This document shows, in pieces, positions 44,789 through 55,561 of a stretch of DNA of 58,656 nt; the first letter of the stretch is position 1, and each line of letters begins with the position of its first letter. Location of the stretch: positions 1 to 58,656 of IMG/VR virus record IMGVR_UViG_3300029226_000028; one strand, given 5' to 3'. A program made the position numbers and the translations under genes. A model generated the notes under the pieces. It was not told where the DNA came from, ran no database searches, and saw only the letters and a list, made by a program, of their open reading frames with translations. The DNA comes from a virus (taxonomy: Duplodnaviria; Caudoviricetes).

Positions 44789-45592
44789 TCAAATCTTGCT
44801 TGTGAATGGGTTGCGTGCAGGAACCAGTGGGCAACCCCCGTATTGTGGACCATTGGTGAATTTCGACTTGCATGTTGCAAAGCTGTGATCACATCCCTGA
44901 ACTAAATCAACAGTCAGTCCAGTGTCAATGCTGCTGAAGGGATAGGTGACCGTGATATCCAGACCAATGATGCTTGTGATCATTCGCGCTTCACCCGTTG
45001 TCGTAATGCGAAGCATACCAGCTGACAGGTCTGCAGGAACCTGTGTGATCGCCGCCACGGTGATGATGTTGTTCAGGAAGGATGTGATGGTCGTGGTTTC
45101 CTTGAAGGACGCTTCAAGGACGCCACAGCGGCTGTCATATAGGATATGGTTGCAAGGTGCCTGATAACGTGGTGAAGGGGTCGTGCCAGTTAGGATATAG
45201 CCAAAGATGGCTGGCACCCGAACCTTAGCAATCCGGCCTTCCACTGTGAAGGATGTGACACGTCCTTTCCACAAGGTGACAGTGTCGTTCAGATCATTGG
45301 CATGGGCACGAATTATTTCCAATGTCAAGCTTGGTGGTGACTGATCATAACCATAATCTTGAACCATTGGATCAGCAAATGGAAGGCTGACTTCCAAAGC
45401 CAGCTGACTTTCTTCTTGTGTCCCAACCTTCAAAACTGATCTGGTGATGGCAATGGGTGTATATACATCACCATTGACAGTCACTGTTTCCGAATAGGAT
45501 GTGTAACGATAAGTCTTATATGTCCCAACAAAACGATAAACTTCAATCGGGGCACCACCTTGGACACTGCCTTCATTATCTTGATATGCCAT
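44789..45592 (-). CDS. Baseplate hub protein (DUF2163/BR0599, GTA g13-like)
   Basis: YQ..C.H.LYD..CG and GCDHSFATCKSKF.N...YGG.P.VP. Confidence 0.88.
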   Translation of the reverse strand: MAYQDNEGSVQGGAPIEVYRFVGTYKTYRYTSYSETVTVNGDVYTPIAITRSVLKVGTQEESQLALEVSLPFADPMVQDYGYDQSPPSLTLEIIRAHANDLNDTVTLWKGRVTSFTVEGRIAKVRVPAIFGYILTGTTPSPRYQAPCNHILYDSRCGVLEASFKETTTITSFLNNIITVAAITQVPADLSAGMLRITTTGEARMITSIIGLDITVTYPFSSIDTGLTVDLVQGCDHSFATCKSKFTNGPQYGGCPLVPARNPFTSKI

Positions 45593-47275
45593 TTAGTCGT
45601 CCACCGTTTTAATTGCCCAAGTGTAAAAAGTTTCACGGGCAAGGTGTTGCCTGCGAATGGTGTCATGTCCACGCACCTTGTGCATGAAGCAGATTTTGGT
45701 GATATTAGCAACTTCTGCATCATCTGCCAAGACCGGGTTCAAGGTCAAAATGGTTTCAGTTCCAGCACCATTCACCACTGCAGACGACAGGGTGTGATAA
45801 GATGGTGGAAGATTTTCATAGTCGACCCTGATCTGTTTCCATGTGTTATATATGAAGAATAGTGTAGGGAAATCCACTTCAGCAACATTGATCACACCAG
45901 ACAGGTTCGTCGCGCCAGACAGATAGGTCAGGTCAGGGAAGAAGGTTGGCATTAACCAAGCCTTGTGTGCGCCCTTCTGGTTGTCAATAAACTGTCTCAT
46001 ATAGTCTTCTTCATCCGGGTTGTCATACCGGCTGACACGCCATCGACGTGTCCCACTGATAGTCGAATGTGGATCAGCTTTCCGTTTGATATCTTTGACA
46101 CCAACTTCGAAGTCGATGACGTCAGTTCGAAAGCTGAACTTTTCATCAGCGCTGATCAATGGTCGCATTTCCATGATGTCAATACCGCCAAGCTGTGCGA
46201 TGGTTGGTGTTGCATTTGGACGGGGCAAGGCTGGTGTGCTGAAGCCTTCAGTCTTCATATTCAACTTGCCACTTACTTGCTGCATATTCAATCCAGAACC
46301 ATTTCTGATGATCATGGCGTGGGCTGGATACACATACCAAGTCGGGTCAAGGTCAACCCCTGAAGAACTGGTGCCAGTTGCACCGTCAACATCAACTGTC
46401 AGAATTTGTGTGATTTGGGCTTCTTCGGTTTGTGGATTGATCACCACCAAATATTCCCCGACACGCATCTGGGTCACTGTTGGATCGAATAGATATTTGG
46501 ACCCACCAATCGGTGTGATCCCGGTCAGGTTTGTGGCGTGATGATAAGCCGGAATGATTGCCTGCAGACCCATGTTCTTGAAGATCAGCTGATACTGTTC
46601 CCGACGATCTGCCAGATCAAGAATGTCAACATCGAAATCCATGGTCCGACGTGGATTGGGACGCAATGCGATCCGCTGTTCAGCACCATCGAAGGTGGTG
46701 ATGATGTCAGTCAGATATTGCCAAGTTTCACGCACCGGCACATCAGGGACAAGGTTGAAGGTTTCCGACACGGTCGCGATGATCGCCAGCATCACTGTTT
46801 CATCAGTCCATTCAAAACTGGCAACAGCGTCGATGTTTGGTTCACCGGCACCGATGGTCACATCAGTGGTCAAAAGGATGCTGTCACGCACTATGTCGGT
46901 CGGTGAAAGCCCAAAGGTCAGGACGTTGGACCCAACCACGGACAGGCTGATCAGGGTCTGTGGTTGGCGATGCGTGTTCCACATCGTGAAGGAAATTGGC
47001 ACATCAATGGTCGGGTTCGACAGGCGAAGTTCGACTGGGATCATATAGAACCTGAAGTGGAAGTCCCGATGCATGCTGGCCATTTCATATGCCTGACCAA
47101 CGAACGGTTTGGCGGGTGCAGCAGCGATGTCAGTGTCATTGAAATTGAACGCTTCAGGAACAATTGACAGACCTTCTGTTCCCTGAACATAGTTGTCAGC
47201 ATTGATTGCATAGTGGTTGGTTCCAGCAACTGGTGCATCTGTGGCTGCAGGTCCAAAGGTGATAAAGAATGCCAT
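45593..47275 (-). CDS. Tail structural (distal-tail-like) protein
   Basis: 560 aa; V.E.W.YLTDI....G.EQRIALR..PRR; position in the tail module. Confidence 0.75.
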   Translation of the reverse strand: MAFFITFGPAATDAPVAGTNHYAINADNYVQGTEGLSIVPEAFNFNDTDIAAAPAKPFVGQAYEMASMHRDFHFRFYMIPVELRLSNPTIDVPISFTMWNTHRQPQTLISLSVVGSNVLTFGLSPTDIVRDSILLTTDVTIGAGEPNIDAVASFEWTDETVMLAIIATVSETFNLVPDVPVRETWQYLTDIITTFDGAEQRIALRPNPRRTMDFDVDILDLADRREQYQLIFKNMGLQAIIPAYHHATNLTGITPIGGSKYLFDPTVTQMRVGEYLVVINPQTEEAQITQILTVDVDGATGTSSSGVDLDPTWYVYPAHAMIIRNGSGLNMQQVSGKLNMKTEGFSTPALPRPNATPTIAQLGGIDIMEMRPLISADEKFSFRTDVIDFEVGVKDIKRKADPHSTISGTRRWRVSRYDNPDEEDYMRQFIDNQKGAHKAWLMPTFFPDLTYLSGATNLSGVINVAEVDFPTLFFIYNTWKQIRVDYENLPPSYHTLSSAVVNGAGTETILTLNPVLADDAEVANITKICFMHKVRGHDTIRRQHLARETFYTWAIKTVDD

Positions 47276-48325
47276 TTACAGGACTTTCTTATATGCAAAG
47301 CCAGCTGTGCCAGATGCCACTATGCTTGCATCATTCAACACAGAATTGTCAGTCTTCTTCAACCATGGAAACAGCTTCCACGTTTCACCGGCAAAGGTGA
47401 TTTCATCACCCGGATTGTGACCTGTCATGCTGCAATATCGAACGTTGGGGAATTGCCCACACCATGTTCCAAAGTTGCCGGTGCCACCACCATTGGTGAT
47501 CACGAAAGGCAAAGGCATAAGCGACACCGAACCAGCGAACGGCATGGGCTGTGGTATCAAAGCGCACCAAGCAAGTTTCCAGCTTGCAGCCAAAGAAGTG
47601 GAAGCCGGGTTTTCTAAAACACCACCCATTCTGATGCAATCCCAGACATTGTTGCCACTGACTTGAAGGATGTCCACAGCAGGATATGATGCGCCAGCAT
47701 CGACAGGGGTTGGGCCATTGATCATCCAACGAAGTTCGGTCAGACCATTATCTTTTTCACCAACGTTTCCAGCGAAATGGAAGCTGCTTCTGTTCAAGCT
47801 ATTCCAATCCGCTGCAGCTGTGCCAGAATTGCTGTTCAAAGCATATCCACGGGAATATCTGCTGGACGCATATGCGATCCCACCATGGGTCATCCCTTGC
47901 GCGTCGATTTCACCAAAACTGAAATGCTGAAAAAGATCGCTGTCAACACCATTCCCGAACTGAAATGCCACGTGGATATAGTCGCACAATGTGGTGTCAG
48001 AAAAGATGTGCCAAGCAGTGATCGTGAAACTCATATTTGGGACAAGACAATCTGCAGATGCTGCATCTGTCGTCGCCAGTGCCGGGGTGGTGCCGATCCC
48101 AAGACGCATATATCGCGCCGTGAATGGGCTTCCCCCACCATAGCCAGCGGTCACGTTCTGGTCGGACTGGGTGAAGGTTGTAAAGTCCACACCCCTGTTG
48201 ACACCCTTGGAAATCGGGAACCCTGATCCACCGCCACCATCTTCGACCCAGCCATCAGCGACGGCATGGACCGCGACAGCGTCCATCATCTGCGTGTAGG
48301 TTCCTGAACCAGTTGAATATGCCAT
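47276..48325 (-). CDS. Virion structural protein (tail)
   Basis: MAYSTG start; PGDEIT...ETWKLFP...GFAYKK end. Confidence 0.75.
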   Translation of the reverse strand: MAYSTGSGTYTQMMDAVAVHAVADGWVEDGGGGSGFPISKGVNRGVDFTTFTQSDQNVTAGYGGGSPFTARYMRLGIGTTPALATTDAASADCLVPNMSFTITAWHIFSDTTLCDYIHVAFQFGNGVDSDLFQHFSFGEIDAQGMTHGGIAYASSRYSRGYALNSNSGTAAADWNSLNRSSFHFAGNVGEKDNGLTELRWMINGPTPVDAGASYPAVDILQVSGNNVWDCIRMGGVLENPASTSLAASWKLAWCALIPQPMPFAGSVSLMPLPFVITNGGGTGNFGTWCGQFPNVRYCSMTGHNPGDEITFAGETWKLFPWLKKTDNSVLNDASIVASGTAGFAYKKVL

Positions 48326-48327
48326 TT

Positions 48328-49809
48328 TCAGTCTTCCCTTATCAAGAAAAAGTTTTGCCCGTCACGGTCTTCCCGTGAAGCGAACACCCGATAGTCCTGT
48401 GCAGCGATGGTGATGACCTGTTCAACAGTCACAATCCCACCACCCGGCACCGCATAGACGCCATCAAGGACACCCATTGCACCATAGGTTCTGTTCCAGA
48501 TCGTTGCTGGTATGATTGGCAAGTCACCTTGTTCGGTCGGTTGCATCTTGTCCAACCAGTGGGTGTTGAAGGTGTCGTTGTCACCGACTGTGGTTCTTGG
48601 CCACGTGCCGTCGCCATTGATCCCGACATGCCAAGGAAAGACCCAATTCAGGGGGGTCGCTTCATAAAGCAATGTCGCTGTGCCATTTCTGTTCGTGATG
48701 GTGGACCAGACATTGTTCCAATCCAACCAACGGGCTTGTCCAAATTCACCGGGATCGCAGAATGAACTAAGATATGCTTCAGTTGATGTGATGTTGGAAC
48801 GGGTGTCAGCCGTCGCCATGATCGCAAGTGGTTGTGCCCAATCAGCAGGAAGGGCGAAGGCTGCTGTGAACCCAGCATAGGCGCTGGTGTAGTCGTCCAA
48901 GCCATTGCGAATGACGATGATGATCCGAATGCTGTTCACATAAATCCAATAGGTGAAGCCAGATGAAGACAGCAACAGGAATTGACTTTCACCTGTGTCG
49001 GCATTTTCATTCAAGTCCCAGTCCAAAAGGTTGGTGTCATAGTCAGTGAACCCTTTTATCTGCAGCCATTCAGTTCCAACTGAAATGTCAAAGAAGGATC
49101 GCATGCCGATAAAGACACGACGATTGGCATCATATCCCGGACCCTGCCAGACAAAGGTTCCATCTTCCTGATCCTTGTCCAAGACACTGGCATTTTGCAA
49201 GACAGTCAATGGATTGCCACGACGCCTGCAGATGGTCGAAGAAAAGTGCCGACCTTCAAGGAATGCATCATCAAACGTGAAGATTTTGGTTTCATCATCG
49301 ACCCAAGCCAAGTTGACTGATTGGTGGAACATGGTGGTCCACGTGACGTCATCATTGGACCACTGGATGACAAAGTTCCGTGGGGCACGGGCGTCATTGC
49401 TGCACCGGAACAGAAGTTCCCGGATGATGGTTGCTGATCCAAAATCATATTTGATCCAGAACAACTGGTCGTCAATGTCCGGTGTCTGGAATGGGGTTCC
49501 ACTGTCGTCAATGATGTTCTGGAAGGAACCAGATGCTGGTCCAGATGAAGCAGAATAGCTTGTGTCAGTTGTTGCAATGTCAGCACCAGAAACAGCGGTT
49601 CGCCATTCCATAGCGCGAATTTGCCTGAAGTCTCCACCCGTGCTTTCTTCTTCAAACCACAGCATGCGCCAGTATCGCGCAGCCTTGGGTGAAGCACATG
49701 CCATGTCCGTTTCCCCACGCAGCTTTGTCCAGCTGTTGGCGGTCACCAAGGTGTTGATGATGGTCTGCAGTTCGACTGCTGTGTCTGCTGTTCCGGTGGC
49801 AAAGGGCAT
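48328..49809 (-). CDS. Virion structural protein (tail) with inserted discoidin/F5-8-like domain
   Basis: MPFATGTA start; ARYWR, WIKYDFG and AP.NF.IQWSND..TW; G.LDGVY near the end. Confidence 0.75.
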   Translation of the reverse strand: MPFATGTADTAVELQTIINTLVTANSWTKLRGETDMACASPKAARYWRMLWFEEESTGGDFRQIRAMEWRTAVSGADIATTDTSYSASSGPASGSFQNIIDDSGTPFQTPDIDDQLFWIKYDFGSATIIRELLFRCSNDARAPRNFVIQWSNDDVTWTTMFHQSVNLAWVDDETKIFTFDDAFLEGRHFSSTICRRRGNPLTVLQNASVLDKDQEDGTFVWQGPGYDANRRVFIGMRSFFDISVGTEWLQIKGFTDYDTNLLDWDLNENADTGESQFLLLSSSGFTYWIYVNSIRIIIVIRNGLDDYTSAYAGFTAAFALPADWAQPLAIMATADTRSNITSTEAYLSSFCDPGEFGQARWLDWNNVWSTITNRNGTATLLYEATPLNWVFPWHVGINGDGTWPRTTVGDNDTFNTHWLDKMQPTEQGDLPIIPATIWNRTYGAMGVLDGVYAVPGGGIVTVEQVITIAAQDYRVFASREDRDGQNFFLIRED

Positions 49810-49810
49810 A

Positions 49811-52603
49811 TTATGATCCTGACACGATTTGTTGGACGGTTGAAGCGTTGCGTTGTAGCATATTGATCATCACGGTTTCGCCTTCTGGATTATCGAATGC
49901 ACCGACGATGTCGGCAGGTGAAAGCACAGCAGCCACATTGACAGGTGGTGATTGGACCACGGTCGTTCCACCGCCACCGCCACCATTGGCTTGCTGACCG
50001 GGTGTTTCCACAGATACCTTTTCGCCTTTTGTGGCGCGGAAAGCAACCAGCTGACTGTCAGTCGCGGAATTATCACCACCGACCGTGAATTCCCCACCAG
50101 TAGCGAAGCCGGGAATTCCACCACCGAACAGGCTGGACAGAAGACCGCCACCCCCACCGCCAAGCAGTCCACCCAGCAGCTGGCTGAACAGTTGGTTGGC
50201 TGCAAGCTTCAGCAGCTGTGCGAACAGGTCTTGGAAGAACTGTCGGACATTGAATTCGCCTGTCTTGGCAAACTGGACGATGGCGTCGGTCGCGCTGTTG
50301 AAGGCGTCAACGACGAAGTTGGACATTTGTTCGCCAATGTTGTTGGCTTCCTGTGCGATACGGGCAAGACCGTTCAGCAGTCCACCACCGATGGTGTTGT
50401 CCAGTGCAGTCATTTCCACGTTCAGGTCGCGCATTGCAGCGCTGAATTCTTCGGAACTGATCTTGCCAGCGTCCAGCAAGTTCTTCAGTGCCAGCTTCTG
50501 GATGTTCAAATCTTCCAGCGGTGCACGCATCCCTTCAAGGATTTCCTTTTGGGCTTTCAGCAACATGTTTTCTTTGGTCAGTGCTTCAGAATTGGCGTTC
50601 GATGTCGCAGCTGTCCCACCACCTGTGGTGCCACCGGGTGCACCGGGGATCGTTGCCCCTTCAGAACCGGGCACACTGGCTGTGACAGACGCCAGCGCAA
50701 TCAGACGGGCATCAGCTGCACGGTTCTGTGCACGTGCTTCAGCTTCATCAAACACACTGTCAACCGCATTGGTCACCAGTTCGGCTGATGCAGTGATTGC
50801 AGCACCAGCTTCACCAAGGAAATCACGACCGAAGTTTTCGCCCACAGTCCTTGCTGTTTCTTCAGCAGACGCTGTCGCTGCACTGAAGTCGAATGTGCGA
50901 CCGTCGAAGGCACCTTCAAAGGCACGTCCAGCGTTCTTGAAATCCAGATTGATTGCAGCCTGAAGCCCAAGCCCAACAAGTTGCGCTGATCGGGCGATCC
51001 CAGACAGAATTCCGATTGCCACATCACGCAAGGTTCTGAAGTTGCCGATGGTCACATCAATGAACGATTTGAAGACAGCGATCATGAAGTTCGCGACCTT
51101 CTTCGCAATGTTTGCCATTCCTTCGAAGTCAAGGTTGACCTTGGAAAGCAATCCACCAAAGAACGATGATGCATTTTCCACGAAACCCCGTGCACCTGCA
51201 GTCATTCCATCCCAGATTTTGCCACTTAGTTCAGCGATGAATTTAAGACCGACAACAATCTTGTCCCAGACAACAGCAGCCACATCACCAAGGGTGGCAA
51301 GACCGCTGGAACCGAAGCGAAGGGTGTCAGCAAATTTGATCATCAGACTGATGGCGATGCCCAAAGCAACGACGATGATCCCGATGGGATTTGCTGCCAT
51401 GGCAAGGGTCAAGAGTCGGACGGCTGAAACTGCCTTCAGGATGCCTGCCACAATGGATGGTGCAGCAAGCAGCAGCATCGCAGCTGCAGCGCCTTTGGCG
51501 ACTGCGACGATGGTCCCAAGGTTGTCAGCAAGGAAGCGTGCAGCAGCCGTCACAGCAGGCAACACGACGTTGCCAAGCTTGATCAGTTCGACCTGTGCAG
51601 CAGCTGCAAGACGTCCCAGCTGGAAGCCGGGGGAATTGGCGATCTTTTCGAAGGCTTCTTCTGTGGCACCAGCCTTGTTGGTCATGTCTTCAAGGATTTG
51701 TGCGAAGTCTTCACCAGCAGCGCCAGCCAGTGCAAGGATCGGCACCAGTGCTTCCACACCACCGAACAATTGCGCCATCTGTGCAGTCGATCCACCGGTC
51801 TTCGTGATGACTTCTTCAAGGAAGCCAGCGAAGCCTTTGCTTTTCAGACCAGCTGCTGTGAATTCAATTCCCAATTCTTTGGACAGTTTAGCAGCTTCAC
51901 TGGTCGGTTTCACGATTGCAGCAAGGATCGCACGGACCCCGGTGACGCTTTCACGTGTGGAAATACCACCCTTGGTCAATGCAGAAACAGATGCCAGCAG
52001 TTCATCGAAGCCAACGCCAGCCTGTGCAGCCAGTGGGGCAACCTTACCGATTGCGGCTGACAGTTCACCAATGGTGGTCTTACCAGCCTTCATGGCGACG
52101 AACAGCGCGTCTGACACGGCTGTGGCACCATCCACCCCGTCGCCATAGGCGTTCAGGACGGTCGTCAGGCCATCAGCAGCGGTTGCAACGTCTGTGACAC
52201 CACCCACGGCAAGCTTGTTGGATGCACGAAGGATGTCGGTCGCTTCAGCAGCGTCTGCTGCACCAGCGGAAATGATTTGATAAAAGCCTGCAGCCTGTTC
52301 GGTTGGCAGTGATCCAAATTCGACGGCAAGGCTGTGGGTTTGGGCTTCCAGTTCTGCCAATTCCTGTGGCACATCACCCAACAGGGTGCTGACTTCAGCC
52401 AGCGCATCTGCCAGTTCGATTGCAGCACGTGCACCAGCAGCGAACGCAACGATGACACCAGCGGCAATCACGCCAGCCAGTGCAGCTTTCAAGAATTTGA
52501 CATTGTCACCAGCACCCTTGGCACCTTTGCCAAGTTCAGCCATTCTGCGCTTGACAACACGGGTGCCTTTTTCTTCAACAAGGATCGTCAAGCGTTCGGT
52601 CAT
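49811..52603 (-). CDS. Tape measure protein (TP901-type core)
   Basis: 930 aa, Ala/Gly-rich helical; YQIISAG, GKTT..EL and GFATGG. Confidence 0.93.
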   Translation of the reverse strand: MTERLTILVEEKGTRVVKRRMAELGKGAKGAGDNVKFLKAALAGVIAAGVIVAFAAGARAAIELADALAEVSTLLGDVPQELAELEAQTHSLAVEFGSLPTEQAAGFYQIISAGAADAAEATDILRASNKLAVGGVTDVATAADGLTTVLNAYGDGVDGATAVSDALFVAMKAGKTTIGELSAAIGKVAPLAAQAGVGFDELLASVSALTKGGISTRESVTGVRAILAAIVKPTSEAAKLSKELGIEFTAAGLKSKGFAGFLEEVITKTGGSTAQMAQLFGGVEALVPILALAGAAGEDFAQILEDMTNKAGATEEAFEKIANSPGFQLGRLAAAAQVELIKLGNVVLPAVTAAARFLADNLGTIVAVAKGAAAAMLLLAAPSIVAGILKAVSAVRLLTLAMAANPIGIIVVALGIAISLMIKFADTLRFGSSGLATLGDVAAVVWDKIVVGLKFIAELSGKIWDGMTAGARGFVENASSFFGGLLSKVNLDFEGMANIAKKVANFMIAVFKSFIDVTIGNFRTLRDVAIGILSGIARSAQLVGLGLQAAINLDFKNAGRAFEGAFDGRTFDFSAATASAEETARTVGENFGRDFLGEAGAAITASAELVTNAVDSVFDEAEARAQNRAADARLIALASVTASVPGSEGATIPGAPGGTTGGGTAATSNANSEALTKENMLLKAQKEILEGMRAPLEDLNIQKLALKNLLDAGKISSEEFSAAMRDLNVEMTALDNTIGGGLLNGLARIAQEANNIGEQMSNFVVDAFNSATDAIVQFAKTGEFNVRQFFQDLFAQLLKLAANQLFSQLLGGLLGGGGGGLLSSLFGGGIPGFATGGEFTVGGDNSATDSQLVAFRATKGEKVSVETPGQQANGGGGGGTTVVQSPPVNVAAVLSPADIVGAFDNPEGETVMINMLQRNASTVQQIVSGS

Positions 52604-52604
52604 G

Positions 52605-53042
52605 TCAACGAATTCCCTTCAGAAGTTTTTGTGCCTTGGCGAATTCCCTGCCAGCCAGTGCTGCTTGATCGACCATCCCAGCTGGTGCTTGGCCAGAAGA
52701 CCCGTCTTCTAAGGCTTGGATATAGGGCAATCCATTGCTGATGTAAATGCCGGGTTGACCCGACCGATAGCCTTCTATCACACGTCGTCCTTGGGACAAT
52801 GCTTCAGCGGTTCCGGCTTCGGCACTGACTGGTTCAGAAGATGGCACGGTATTGGGTTCAACCCCAATAGCGACGTCCCAACCACTCCTAGCACGGCCAG
52901 ACTTAACAGGTGTTCCCGTAATGACCACTTGATCGACCACCAAAGCCGTTTTCCGAAGGATGTCAGTTGATCGTTTGTCAATTATGACTCCGATCTTCGT
53001 CAACTTCTTCCCAAGCGATCCAAATGTTTTGTGCAGTGCCAT
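52605..53042 (-). CDS. Neck/tail-completion protein (HK97 gp10-like)
   Basis: TPV.SGRARSGW and ISN.LPYI..LE.G.S.QAPAGMV. Confidence 0.85.
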   Translation of the reverse strand: MALHKTFGSLGKKLTKIGVIIDKRSTDILRKTALVVDQVVITGTPVKSGRARSGWDVAIGVEPNTVPSSEPVSAEAGTAEALSQGRRVIEGYRSGQPGIYISNGLPYIQALEDGSSGQAPAGMVDQAALAGREFAKAQKLLKGIR

Positions 53043-53072
53043 GGTTCTTCATACCGCGAACCCCTGTTTTCA

Positions 53073-53408
53073 TCAAGATTTGTTTTTCTTGGCACGATGC
53101 TTCAGGAATGTCACGTCCAGATGTCGCACGAAGAAATATAGGTCATCGAATTCTTCTTCATCACAGCCCAATTCACGGGCATAGTTCAGGATCGCGTGCC
53201 GGGGGATTGGACCAAGATCAAGCCCAACCACACGTTCGCTTTCCAGTTCATAGAATGCGTTCAGATAGAACTGAAGACCGAAATCAAGTTCCGGTGCTTC
53301 AGCAATTTTCTTGGGAATAGGCAACCCTGCACGGATCGCCTGCTTTATGATGTTCTGTTCAGTCGGACCCTGTTCAATCATATAGATCAGGACCGCTGTC
53401 AGTTTCCC
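53073..53408 (-). CDS. Tail assembly chaperone, -1 frameshift extension (gpT-like)
   Basis: The -1 frame from GGGAAAC is open into MIEQGPT...; AF.EL..ER...GPIP...I..YA. Confidence 0.8.
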   Translation of the reverse strand, partial: GKLTAVLIYMIEQGPTEQNIIKQAIRAGLPIPKKIAEAPELDFGLQFYLNAFYELESERVVGLDLGPIPRHAILNYARELGCDEEEFDDLYFFVRHLDVTFLKHRAKKNKS

Positions 53409-53884
53409 GCTTCTTCTTCCCGGACAGTGGCAAGATAGATGTCGTCAGCCATCGCGTCCAGCTTGATCATGCCAAAGACTGCAGGCAGATTGGTCAGCAC
53501 TGCGACGACATTTTCCTTGGTGAACTTGCCCAAAGAACCATCCGGTTGTTCGATGCCGTCCTTCCAGATGCCGCCTTCGTCCAGCTGTGCCTTGGTGCCT
53601 TTGCCGTCGTGGTCATCTTCGAATGCTTGGAAGACCTGCCAGCCATAGACGATGGTTTCGCTGAAGACTTTGATCATGATTGGCTTGGCACGTTCTTCGG
53701 TCAAGCTGCCAGCAGCCATCGCACGACGAACCGGCTTGGTTTCACGTTCGATCATCTGCAGGTATTTGCGGTTCGCACCACCAGCCTTTGCGACCAGCAC
53801 ACGAAATCCACCGTAGTCAACCCAGACGCCTTTGCGTTCGAACTGTGTGTCCGTGGCGTGGTTCTGATACATTGTTGAAGACAT
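53399..53884 (-). CDS. Tail assembly chaperone (gpG-like)
   Basis: Follows the tube gene; ends EEEAGN* on a slippery heptamer. Confidence 0.85.
   Translation of the reverse strand: MSSTMYQNHATDTQFERKGVWVDYGGFRVLVAKAGGANRKYLQMIERETKPVRRAMAAGSLTEERAKPIMIKVFSETIVYGWQVFQAFEDDHDGKGTKAQLDEGGIWKDGIEQPDGSLGKFTKENVVAVLTNLPAVFGMIKLDAMADDIYLATVREEEAGN
53402..53408 (-). other. Programmed -1 ribosomal frameshift site G GGA AAC
   Basis: XXXYYYZ heptamer immediately before the stop; -1 frame open. Confidence 0.8.
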
Positions 53885-53953
53885 TGGTTTTCCTTTTCTA
53901 AGGGTTCTGCGTTTTGTCGGCCCTATGTGGCCTATTGGGGTGTTATACGAAGA

Positions 53954-53977
53954 CAACCGGCCAATCAAGGCCGGTTG
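53954..53977. terminator. Stem-loop after the major tail gene (terminator or stabiliser)
   Basis: CAACCGGCC-AATCAA-GGCCGGTTG; weak U-tract. Confidence 0.45.
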
Positions 53978-54000
53978 CCATCTTTATTTCATTGCAGGGA

Positions 54001-55533
54001 TTAACTGTCTGCAGCGTCGGGCAGGTAATCGAAGAAGGAAATCAGCATGGTGTAATCCAGTGTCGCGTCGATCTTGGCTGCAGTTGCAGCGTCCATCGTC
54101 AGCGGCAAAGTGATTGGCTGATCCTGTTCCACGTTCGCACGACCATCACCCAAGGCGATCAGTGGGATGTCAATGACCATCCCGGCATTCGCTTTGGAAA
54201 TGGCGATGTCGAAGGTGATGTCATTGTTCCCACGCACGGCTGCAACAGCTGCGATGTCGGACAGATAGACAGTCAGTTCACCGGACACCGCAAAGGTGCC
54301 TGCAGTGACTTCGAACGCGCCAAGAACACCAATCGCCTTGTTGGGCGAAACGTTGTTGGCAATCGTCATGGTCAGTTCCGTTGCGAAACCAAACAGTGGG
54401 GTGGGTGCAGCATCACCGGGCACGACCTGTGCCAGTTTGATCCGACTGAAATCGGAACTGGTGTTGATCGCATCACTTTCGACCAGCACCGCACGGGTGC
54501 CTGTCTTGGGTGCTTCAGCTGCAGTCCGCTGTTCATTGTCCGTCGCCACGAACGACAGATCAGCAGTGATCTTGTCAGCCTGTGGGACGTTGATGACCAG
54601 TTCGTTGGGCACGGCACCGACCAGATATTCAGTTTGGTCAGCAACATCAGCTGTGTCAGCGCGACCCAGAGAACGTTCCAGATTGTAGGTCCGACGAACG
54701 ATGGAACCACCAGTTTCGTTTTTGATCGTCCGTGGGATAAACACTTGGATCGTTTCCGAACTGACCAGCGTTTCAGCGATCATGGTCAGGTCAGATTTGT
54801 CAATCGTCATCAACGTGGCAGTCACGGAACGAACCCGCTTCCAGCCGTTGTTCGCAGCGTTGACAAACTGGTCAGACACAGCATCGCCACCCATGAAAAT
54901 CCATTCGCCGGGGATAAGCCCAAGGTCAGTGAAATCGAACAGGGTGGAAGTGTATGCTGGCAATGTCCCAGACACGTCCACGCCAAGATCATCAGCAGCG
55001 GCAATCGCGCCGACTTTGACAAGCTTGGCAAGGGCACCGGGGGTTTCATCGACAAGGTTGGTTGCCACCGTCAGTGCAGCAGCAGCAGCGACTGTCACCT
55101 GATGAAGACCATTGTTGTCCGTGAAGCCAGATGCAAAGACCAGATCGTCAGCGGCAAAGGCGTCAAGGCCGGATGCAGCTTGGAAATCGTCGGTCGCAGT
55201 GACAACACCTGTGATTTCACCACCGCCACCGAATTCAGTCTTGGCACGAAGATCGGCAAAGAAGAAACCTTGCAGCAAGTCCTGCATGTTGGTCAGGGTC
55301 AGGTCAGTTGAAAATCCACCCGATGCGTCCAGATCGGTGACAACACCTTTCTTTCGCTGACGGGATGGGTTGATGGGGTTTCGGGCAACTGTGGTCAGTT
55401 GTCCACCGAAATCGTTGTATTCATTCGGTTCCAGCGGTATCCAGACGGGTGTGCCGGGAAGAACGCCAATAGTCAGTTCTTCTGCATAGGCAAGACCGGT
55501 CAGGTTGCTGTCAATCTTCTGGATGGCGACCAT
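54001..55533 (-). CDS. Major tail tube protein
   Basis: 510 aa; DSN.TGL.YAEE and R.PINPSRQRKKG..TDLDASGG; strong RBS. Confidence 0.88.
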   Translation of the reverse strand: MVAIQKIDSNLTGLAYAEELTIGVLPGTPVWIPLEPNEYNDFGGQLTTVARNPINPSRQRKKGVVTDLDASGGFSTDLTLTNMQDLLQGFFFADLRAKTEFGGGGEITGVVTATDDFQAASGLDAFAADDLVFASGFTDNNGLHQVTVAAAAALTVATNLVDETPGALAKLVKVGAIAAADDLGVDVSGTLPAYTSTLFDFTDLGLIPGEWIFMGGDAVSDQFVNAANNGWKRVRSVTATLMTIDKSDLTMIAETLVSSETIQVFIPRTIKNETGGSIVRRTYNLERSLGRADTADVADQTEYLVGAVPNELVINVPQADKITADLSFVATDNEQRTAAEAPKTGTRAVLVESDAINTSSDFSRIKLAQVVPGDAAPTPLFGFATELTMTIANNVSPNKAIGVLGAFEVTAGTFAVSGELTVYLSDIAAVAAVRGNNDITFDIAISKANAGMVIDIPLIALGDGRANVEQDQPITLPLTMDAATAAKIDATLDYTMLISFFDYLPDAADS

Positions 55534-55561
55534 GGTTTTGTTCCTTTCAAGGGTTCATAGG

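Noticed and set aside
53914-55311. Long plus-strand ORFs antisense to structural and replication genes (also 51042-52148, 50085-50963, 1471-2511)
   Set aside because: They mirror clear minus-strand genes, lack RBSs or recognisable motifs, and are expected from codon bias that leaves few antisense stops.
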